Shown: piece by piece, positions 44,614-57,455 of the stretch
Layout: each line of letters begins with the position of its first letter
How positions within the stretch are numbered: the stretch's first letter is position 1
Source of the DNA: the human T2T-CHM13v2.0 reference genome, Homo sapiens
Length of the DNA stretch: 64,000 nucleotides
Strand: one strand, 5' to 3'
Assembly (NCBI RefSeq): GCF_009914755.1
Contig: NC_060928.1
Program-made: the position numbers and the translations under genes
Notes under the pieces: generated by a model
Told to the model about the DNA's origin: nothing
The model's input: only the letters and a program-made list of their open reading frames with translations
Database searches by the model: none

Positions 44614-45792
44614 CATACATATATATATATATGAATGAAGGGGAGTTTATTAAGTATTGACTCAAAGGATCACAAGGTCCCACAATAAGCTGTCTGCAGG
44701 CTGAGGAGCAAGGAGAGCCAGTCCGAGTTACGAAACTGAAGAACTTGGAGTCCGATGTTGGAGGATAGGAAGCATCCAGCATAGAAGAAAGAGGTAGGCT
44801 GGGAAGCTAGGCCCGTCTCTGTTTTCACATTTTTCTGCCTCCTTGTATTCTAGTCACGCTGGCAGCAGATTAGATTGTGCCCACCAAGATTGAGGGTCGG
44901 TCTGTCTTTCCCAGTCCAGTGACTCAAATGTTAATCTCCTTTGGCAACACCCTCGAAGACACACCCAGGATCAATACTTCGTATCCTTCAATCTAATCAA
45001 GTTGACACTCAGTATTAACCATTACACTCTCTAAAACAAAGCACCATTTCCATGCAATAGCCATAACTCTGTGCCATTCTACTCTATCTATCTATACAGT
45101 AGAGAAGTAGAAACTGTGAACTTATTCAGCATGTACCTGGTAGATATTCCACTCAGCTGATTGTTGATTCTGGTGATGATCATGTAAGTGGCCCATATTA
45201 ACTCCAATATCATAATGACTTTACACTCAGTTGACAGTTTTCCATGTGTACCATGACTTTTCCCAATATTCCAAGACCTGATTTTGTTGAGACCTTCATA
45301 TTCTAGAACTTAGATGTGGATTTTAATTAAGGTGGTATTTAATTGCAATTTAATTGAAATGTAGATTTAATTGAAAATATAAAATAACAGGAAGTGATGA
45401 AGGTAATTTGAATATTATTTGTAACAAGTTTGATACTAATTTAGGAAGAACTTGTGGACTAAGTCTTTGAAAAATTAGCAGAGTTTAGATAGGTAGGTCT
45501 CAGGGACAGAGGAGAGCACAGCATGTAAGTTTGGTGAGTGAGGGTCTGAGAGATGGTACTGATGGCAGGCCTATATAAGACAGAAGTAGGGAAGAATGAC
45601 GGATATTTGAGTTGGGGGCAGGTGATGAAACAAATGATAGTCACAGAATGAATTATTCTCCTGCAGATAGATGATGATGATGATAATACCATGTAAGAAT
45701 TCAAGACTGATGCATAAAGACAAAAAGAACTAGAACATTCTTTTGAGAAAACCAGTTCCATGAAGCAAATAGTTGTTAGACTTCTTTAAACT

Positions 45793-46148
45793 TCATACAT
45801 CTTGTGACATGTATATGAAGAGAAAGTCAGGGATTAATCTAAGTTTAAAGAAAAAATATATCACATTTATCCTCCAGTTATTGGTTTTCTTACTTGGAAA
45901 TGGATTTGTTATAAATAAAATGTGTTTTAAAATATCTTGGGTAGAGTTTTCATGGAATCATATGCATTGCTATATCAGGCTAGATGAAGTGTTTACATAG
46001 CCATACATTTTCAAGGTTCTTGGTAGTACCTTTTCAGCCTGTGATTGAGACATCTCTGGTTAAGTAAATTAATGTTTCTATTTTCATTGACTCATTTGGA
46101 ATAACACATTTATTTTTAAGCCTGCACTGGCCTTTGTAAACTTTCTAC
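45793..46148 (+). repeat. Donor (ancestral) arm of the 356-bp inverted repeat
   Basis: Continuous with unique flanking DNA on both sides, whereas the other copy interrupts an LTR. Confidence 0.9.
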
Positions 46149-46613
46149 TAAAAGAGAAAATGGTGGTTCATCATCTTGATTTTTATGCTAGCAAGCACCG
46201 AGAAGCAGGGAAGATTTCCTTTTCTTGTATTTCACTGTGGCACCCACTGATCTACACCTGGCACTCTGTAATACGCATGTGTCGTAGATTATACCCGATG
46301 AAAGGTCCTGTGCTGTCATCCTAGCCCATACTCTGTCATATCAACCTGTTGGCAAATTATAGCTGTTACTCCCGCCAAATTAGTCAGCTGCAATGGAAAC
46401 ATCAATCTAAGATGTGTGCTTTCTGTCGTAGAATAAAAATTAGAGAGGTGATATGATTGTCACACATGTGAATGTAAGTTTTAGATTTAATAGCCACTGC
46501 AGTAGAGGCACAGGAAGAGGAAAAGGCTGGGAGAGACATTTTTCATTTTATTAACATATAAAAATGGTTACTTTTCTTAAAGCAAAAATAAATTAAAGCA
46601 AATACTGGAGTCC

Positions 46614-46947
<334 letters not shown>

Positions 46948-49799
46948 CTGGAGTCCATTTAAACGGAAAAGTCATGTCTTCTTTAAATATATATATATAT
47001 ATATATAAATTTCCTTCTTCAGTCACGTAATGATAGTTCATCTTTATCTTGGTGGATATCCATTGATTTTGACATTCTCTGCTTTTTTATGTTTTAGAGT
47101 CTGTGTTTGGTGCTAGGTTAAATATTATTCTTTTCTTGCATTTCTCCATGAATATCTACTTGAGTTTTGAATTTGAACATATCCAGTTTTTTAAAAAAAT
47201 TAAAAGAGGAATATTTTGGAGGAGAAGGCAACTGCTTTTCATCTCAGTAAATTCAGAAAACAACACTAACGTGTTTTGTAAATACTGACTTAAAAATAGG
47301 AATGAAGGAATAAATTTGAGAGATTTCTAAAGACTCTATTAAAACATTTGTTAACACAAGCCTTGTTTACTTCACACAATTAATGTATAATTTAATATCT
47401 ATTTTTAAAAGGTAAAATTATTACTCTCATCTGATATAAGATGACCATACATCAAAAATTTTACTTAACTAAAACAATTTATTTAACTGATTAATTTATG
47501 AGAAAGCCAGTGGGATATATAGCAAGATTAAAAGAGAAATCAAAGTACCACACTCTTATTGTCAGATTAGGAATGCTGCAATAAATTCGCAAATGAATGC
47601 CAAACTGGCAAAACTGGTCAATATCTATAGAACAATAATCAACTGCATTTCACAGAAACAATTTACATTTCTATAGGCAGGAATTATTTGTATTACTATC
47701 AAATTTCTACAAGTGTTCTACAAGTTAATGTCCATCACTACAGTTATAAAATAGCCTGCTCAAAGACTAAAATTGTGTAAAATTTTGCACATCCCTAAAA
47801 TTGGGCATATAAAGGTACACAACTCAAAAGTATCAGACTGTATCATTCTATTAAAAGGATAGCCTGTAACCTCTTGCTCATTTGAAAAATTTACACATTT
47901 TTTTCCTATACTAGATACAGAGAAAACAAAATATTAATAAATAGTTTTGAATACTGAAAAAGTTAAGCAATCATAGTGATGGTGGTTATTCAGAAGCTGA
48001 ATGAACATCAAGTTGTTCCTTGTTCAATTCTGTCTCTTCATTATTACTTCATCATGTATGTATTTCCCTGATTCTACCTTCTACCTTTATCAATCCCAAA
48101 TAAAATAATCTATGATCTGAAACCAGGTACTAATAGTGAGATCAAATGAAATGACAACATAAAAGGCCATTGCAAACAGGTCAGAAAAAAGAGAAAAGGC
48201 AAGTAGAAAAATGACTTGAAAGGGTATGTGTTCATTTATTCTTTTATTTGATAAACATTTATGTAGCAAGCATCACACAATATGCTGTGATCAAAGATAA
48301 AAGATAAGCCTTGACCTTGAGGATTTCTTAGATTTGTAAAGGAGAAAAATAATCAGCCTATAGTAACAAAAATATATAAAACTGTCTGATACTTTCTTGA
48401 GGATATGAAGAAAATTACTTTTTTCCATTGTGTATATTAGCATATCAAATATGAAATAGTTCAGAATTTTATTTTTATTGTTTGGTCTTGTGTATATTTT
48501 ACACAAGAGAAAAAATTAGTTTTTACCATTGTGTATATTAGTGTATCCAGTATGGAATAGTTTAGAATTTATTTTATCTTTATTGTCTGATATTATATTG
48601 AAAGGTTTAGAGCAAGATCCTAATTTTACTTTAATTTTGCTTTTAATGAGTATCAAAAGCAAAAATAGTTATGTGTCTGGCATGTATAATTTAAAATTTA
48701 AAAGTGATGCTTAATTTGTGAAAGATATTAAATTAACTTCTATGATTATTTAGTGTCACAGATATTAGAATAGAAAATCTGAGACTATTCTGATCTTGGA
48801 AATTAAAGACAAGGATGGTGTTGTGTTTATTATTGATCTCTAGTACTTACCTTAGAATCTGGAACATGGCATTTATATTCCTAGTCAACATGGATCAAAC
48901 ACAGTTGTTTGCCCACCTTTTTCCTTGCTCAAGCCACCCCCATTTTGTTTAGGTACTGGGGAACAGCACACTCAGAAATGATGTGTCCAGCCACGTGAGG
49001 TTGATTATGGTTGGTCTAAGCTATCACAATAATCCCATTCCCTTTGTGTTGTTTCTATGCACATGGCTCATGACTGGTCTAATGGTGATCATGATGTCCC
49101 TTTTTGGACAAAGATGTAAAGAAGAGTGTGCTGAGGGCTTCTGGAAAAAAAAAAAAACATTTCTAACCTGATTAACAGAGACATGAGAGGGGCCCCTCTT
49201 CTTTCCTTCTTGAAAGCTTTTGGGTGAGTTTTTGTTGTAGAAACTGTGGAAGCCATATGGTGATCAGGAGAGATCTGGGGCAATTTCAGAGAAAGTGATC
49301 CAAAGCTTTCACTCTGCTGAGTTTCTTGTTATTAGGGATGATAAACCTTATTATTTATGGCATTAAAAAACCCTTGTGGTTGGAAGTATTTTAATTTAAT
49401 GTAAATTTGATGCAATTTTGAAGTTGTGATTTAAAAATTATGATGAAAATCTTTTTCTTATATGATAGTTAATACAGGGCCTCAAGATTCTACAAGCAGA
49501 TTCTAAACCTCTGGTTTCTGTGATAAACTAATTAAACTGTCTTATTAGTAAACTGGGAAGAGTAGTGTTCTACAGTGAAGTTTCTTAAACATAAATATGA
49601 ATGTGTTGTTCAAATAAAAACATTATAAAGCTTACAGATAATGAGCTATAGTGCCATATTTGTTCCTTCTTTTTTCCTGAAATAAAGCAGATAATTCAAC
49701 AACATTTCATCACCAGTGTTTGCCAACTTTCTATGCACATGGTTCTGTAGTGAGTGCTGGTAATGTGAAAGGATAGAGATAACTTAGGGCTCATTGGAT

Positions 49800-50022
49800 T
49801 TCATGGCTCTATGGTGCTTTACAAATATCCACTCATTTAATCCTTAATATGATCAAATGTGACTATGTGGCAGGCACTAATATATTACAAAGAAAAGGAA
49901 ACTGAGGCACAGAGATGTCAAGCAACTTGCCCAGGGCTAAACAGCTGGAAAGGGTAAAGTCAGAATTTGAACTCAAGTAGCAAGGCTCTAGAGGTGTTGT
50001 CCTTTTATCCAATACGTTACTG
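49800..50022 (-). mobile_element. MIR
   Basis: ctcatttaatcct...aggaaactgaggcacagagatgtcaagcaacttgcccaggg...agaatttgaactcaag. Confidence 0.8.
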
Positions 50023-50639
50023 TGTCTTTCACATGATCTAGACTATTAGATGCTATGTCCTTGCTCTCCCACTGGCCCCCACGTGGATTGCCATTCATCA
50101 ACATCACCCTTATGGAAATTACTCTTACAAAAGTGACCCAAGTTTTTTTTTTTTAATTGACTTTCTTCTCCGTGTCAATGGTTTAAATCTTCCTGACCCA
50201 CCTTCCCTAACAGTGTAACATTTTCCTGTACTTTTCCCTTTTCACATGGCGTTATATGCTTTTTTCTTTAACATTAATCTTTAATAACTTTTACGTTTCA
50301 TACCATACCATCAGTTTTCTGAACTACATGGTAAGTTTAAGAATAAGGGTAGTGTTCCTGCCCCCATATAACCAGTATGCTCAGACTGGTACCCTCTTCA
50401 GCTTCTTCTTCAGTCTGCTGAGCACTGCCAAGGAAGACCAGCCTCAGCAAAGGCACCTCAACTCCGTGACTGGAGTGGTAGTGGGAGAGGTGGAGGTGGC
50501 CCTTTGGCTGCCTCTGGCTCTGGCTGGCTGTTTGAGGCGCAGATGTCCCAGATCAGGACAGAGGAGGCCCTGATGGCTTAGAAAATTGATATACTAGCAC
50601 ACCTGATCTATTAATCACTCACAGCAATTGAAAAGCTCT

Positions 50640-51170
50640 GCTATAGACAGTGGAAACTATCAAAGTTTACAAAGTGCTATTCGAGGGAGATTAACCTGAC
50701 AGTAGTATGTATGTGGGGAGAATGTTTGGGGCAGGAAGATAAAATAAGCGATTACCAAAGTCCAGGTGTAAAATAATGCATGCCTGCAATAACATGGCAT
50801 AGCAACAATAAAAAGAAGGGAGTCAAGAGACACAAAACTCAATGGGAGACAGAGGAGGAAATATGATATCCTAGTATTGAACCTGGAAGACTGGGGAAAT
50901 GATGGTTCCACTTAAAAGGCAAGGAAGAGAAAATCCAGAGGGTAAACTGGTTTCTGTAAGCTAGGCTGTACATATCAAGTTCAAGGTGATGGAAGACAGC
51001 CAGATGGAAATGGAAATTAGAGATGTGAGAATGAAGTTTAGTGGAGGGCTCAGGATTGGACATAACACTTTAGGAGCTATCTATGAGAGGCAATAGTTAA
51101 AATCATCAGAGTAGATGGAGTTTCTGAATAAGAGTTTGCAAAAGAAAAACAAAGATAGAACTAAGCCTTA
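50640..51170 (-). mobile_element. L2 fragment
   Basis: Purine-rich L2-like motifs (gaacctggaagactggggaaatgatggttccact...gggctcaggattggacataacactttaggagct...ttaaaatcatcagagtagatg). Confidence 0.6.
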
Positions 51171-51173
51171 GGA

Positions 51174-51250
51174 CAGTGTTTTCAAAGTAGGGATCCCAGA
51201 CTAGCAGTATCAGCAACTGGGAACTTCTTAGAAATATGAATTATCAGGTT
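51174..51250. mobile_element. MER5A half-element
   Basis: cagtgttttcaaagtagggatcccagactagcagtatcagcaactgggaacttcttagaaat. Confidence 0.65.
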
Positions 51251-51355
51251 GACATATATAAAGGCAGACATATATAAAGACTGGGCCAACTCTGGGCACA
51301 CTGCCTATGAGTTAGCCCTGCTCCACAAGGATTGGTTAAAAAAATACCAGGTCTA

Positions 51356-53334
<1,979 letters not shown>

Positions 53335-55302
53335 TAGGATAGACTTGGGCATGTGTATTAGCAGAAGGGAAGGGGCCAAAGAGAAGGGATAGGACACCAA
53401 TTTAAGCAAGCCCCACTTTATTCACTCTTTCTGTAACCTCTATTTGTAAATTTTTATTTGTAGACATTTGTATCTATCTCTATATTCATATCTGTACCCT
53501 GTTTATTATTTATCAATGATGCCTGTTTCATGATGCTGAGTGAGTATCTTGCAGAGACTGAAATCTCCAGGACAATAATTATATAGAAGTCAGAATAGCC
53601 AAAGAAAGTAATAATCAAATAATCAAATTAGGATTATTTGGTGAATTTAACATCTGTAGGAACAGTTTCCAAGAAGCCACTAATCTGTGCATTCCCCGCT
53701 CAGGAAATAAAAAAGTGCCGTTTAAGGTTGATCCTTACCTAATTAGGGCAGCATGAATCCTAGAAAACACCTTTAATTTTATTTTTCTCTTAACGGCAAA
53801 GTGGTTCAGGAGGAATTTAAACAAACCCTTGAAACAATAATCTGTTTTATAAAACTTTTACTTTCTTTATTCTCCTATATATCTATAGAGGCACCCTAAT
53901 CTGTATTTACATACACAGTTTGTTCTTACTGAAAACTTCAGCATTATACAATTCTTCTTTCAAAAGTTTTTCAAGCTTTTTTTAAAAATAAAAACATTGG
54001 AGTAGATGAGGTAATATTCTGTTTTTTCTCTTATCTTTTGTTCTTTATAATCTGTTAATGCTATTATGTTTATATAACCTTTCATTCTTTTAAAGTTATT
54101 TTCAGTAATTTAATTTAGTTCTCAGATGTGTGATCATTGGTAAGTTATCCAACGTCTTTGTACATCAATTCTCTCACCAGAAAAATGGGTTTATAATATG
54201 AACCTACTTCAAAGCGTTTCAGGGATAATAGTAAAAATAACATTTTAAAAATATGATGATTATAACTCAACTAGACAATTTCCAAAATAATCAGTACATA
54301 AAAATAACACCTTTCATCCAGATTTATAGTTGGGAATATTGTGATCGAATGAAGCAATGTGCTCTATTTAATTCTAATTAGAATTTAACTCCCTGTGTTA
54401 AAATATCAGCAGTTCTCTCTGTCATTCATAGCACAGCTTATTTACACAGGTACATTGTGAGTCTAATCATTTCTCCTTGAACTTAGTAAGTATATAACAA
54501 AAGTATTATATATACATATAAATAAATATATATGACAGAAGGCATTCTAACTTTCAATAGCATTGTGAAACACATACACACAATATTAATCTGAGCTAAC
54601 GGAGAAACAAATTTTGTGGTCCACAGCTATTTATAAGAATGACAGTGAAGACTGGAGCAGATTAGAGAAAATTGTTTGGCAGAATTCTTGTATTCTCAAG
54701 AAGTCATTAAATGCAGTAGTTGAGGAAGTATGAGTTATTCTTAGAATTCATCCCTTGGAATCTTCTAATCTTCTAGATTAGGTCAGTGGACAAGATTAGA
54801 TACTTGTGTTTTTCTATCAAATGTCAGAAAATGAGACCCATAGACATATCTTCTTTTTACTTGTTGAACAAGAGAGAAGGCAAGATTGTGAATGTGTGTG
54901 CGCGCATCCCCACACCCATGCATGGGTATACACATGTGTGGTTTGGGGAGGAGAGAGTAAAAACAAGGGTTTATGGGCATGTTGGCCTCTTCTAGTGATT
55001 CTAATGGGTACCAGGTAGAATTTGTGATTTTGTTTCTGTTTGATTAAAGATATGACATGATGCCATATGGGGACATTGAAAAGTTCGTACTCTGATCTAT
55101 TTGAATTCGGGTCATTTGGTTATGTAAGTTTTTCCATAGCATTCGTGCTGAAGCACAGCTTTCTCTGAAACACTTTGATAAGATGTTTTTGTTCTATATA
55201 GATTCAGAATTTTTCTCCTTTAAACAGATCTTAGTGATCCTTGCTTTCAAACTTTTTATTTTACAGATGATTACTTTGAAGCATAAAATATGTATATGAC
55301 CC

Positions 55303-55692
55303 TGTATTATAGTCAGTTCTGGCTACTATCATGAAGTATCATAGACTGCATGGCTTATACACAACAGAAATTTGATTCTTACACTTCTGGAGATGGTAGT
55401 TGCCCAGCTTGAAGTTCTAGAGGCTGGGAATCAAGGTGCCAGCATGGTCAGGTTCTGGTGAGGACCCTCTTCTGAGCTGCAGACTGCCAACTTCTCATTG
55501 CATTGTCACATGCCTGAGAGAGATAAATAATCTCTCATGTTTATTCTTATAAAGGCACCAATCACATTCACTGGGGCTCCATGCTCATGGCCTACTCACC
55601 TCTTGAAGGCTGTACCTCCAAATGCCATCAAATTTGGGGTTAAGATTTCAACATATGCATTTTGGGGGGATATCAACATTCAGACCGTAACA
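55303..55692 (-). mobile_element. MLT1A0/MSTD-like solo LTR
   Basis: tgtatta...catagactgcatggcttatacacaacagaaattt...aaggtgccagcatggtcaggttctggtgagg...aacattcagaccgtaaca. Confidence 0.85.
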
Positions 55693-55992
55693 GTTGTTTT
55701 CCCCCACCTCCTCCCCTTTTTAAAATAATAATTTTGCAAAATCCAATTTGGCGGTGCATAGAGAATAGCAGAATTTCATTTTGTACTTTTTATTCTGCTT
55801 GGTCTTTAAATAGTAGGCACAATTTTTTTTCAGGTTAAAAAATAAATATGCTCCATGTGCTGCTTTTTCTTATATATTTTAACTTTATCACTCTGACAAT
55901 ATCTGCAGAGAATGAATAATTCATCATTGGCACCCCTATTTACTATAGATGTTTTATCTTTCTACTCAGAATTTATTAAAGAATTATTTATC

Positions 55993-56606
<614 letters not shown>

Positions 56607-57344
56607 AAAGAACTATTTATCTTGTCATTTCAGGGCTGCTAGAAGCATAGAATTATTAGCATTCAGTCTTCTTTCTGAACTTTTTTTTTTTTGCATTTCT
56701 TAGTTCTCTGATTACAATGTCTTGTAATGCATAAGATAAAATGCTTAGAATCATTTCAATTGTTTCTTTCTAGCAGATATAGTTTATCATAACTTAATTC
56801 AGGTAAACCTGGCCCTGAGTTTAGACTTATGTAGATACTTTGGATCTAGTTAGCATATACTCATGACATTGTTACAAAAGTAAAGTCAGTCTGCTTTCCA
56901 TGGTCATTGATGGATTTTTGGATACAACCGTACAATTGTCCAGGAAATTCTTTGGGAGGATGTCTTGAGACATAATTGTTTTAATGGTTTTTATACAAAT
57001 TGCATTTGCTCCTACAGGGAGAAATTGGCATGGTGAAAATTTAATAAAGTAAGGGAGAAAAAGGTGATACTGAATCACATTTGTAAGTGGCAGCTAATAA
57101 AAAAGGCAATTTAGTTTTTTCTTTTTTAATTGCAAAATAAACATACAAATATTACATATGCTGTATATCTACATTTAAAAATATGAAATGCTTCATGAAT
57201 TTTTCTAATTATAGTATCTGGCCATGTTAATATTTTGTTTCCTTTCTATGTTTGAGACACCTGGTTCACTTCTTCAAGTCAAACTTTAGCTCTACTCTTG
57301 TCTCCAAAGGTACCTCAGCATCTCTACAGATTTCTCTCTTCTGC

Positions 57345-57455
57345 TTTCCCACCCTCAGAGATTCTAATTATTTTATCTGGTTAAAACTTGGGCATCAGAA
57401 TTTTTAAAAACTCCCCCGGTGTTTCTGATGTGCAAAGATTTTTGAGACTCACACT
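57345..57455. mobile_element. MER5-family fragment
   Basis: cccaccctcagagattctaatt...gggcatcagaatttttaaaaactcccccggtgtttctgatgtgca. Confidence 0.55.

Larger units (their letters stand above)
43350..45026 (-). mobile_element. MLT2A (MLT2A1-like, HERV-L) solo LTR, interrupted by a minisatellite and an inverted insertion
   Basis: Left piece tgtatgaaggttctctagagggacagaactaa. Right piece 44635-45026 ggggagtttattaagtattgactc...gttgacactcagtattaaccattaca. Perfect 5-bp TSD ctctc (43345-43349, 45027-45031). Confidence 0.92.

Noticed and set aside
44406-46000. Apparent duplicated small hydrophobic protein MYMKRKSGINLSL... on opposite strands (toxin/antitoxin-like look)
   Set aside because: It is a by-product of the inverted DNA duplication. 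No promoter, splice or homology support; AT-rich DNA commonly yields such ORFs.
54893-54940. 14-bp palindrome acccatgcatgggt within a purine-pyrimidine tract
   Set aside because: Explained by low-complexity alternating sequence; too short to interpret.
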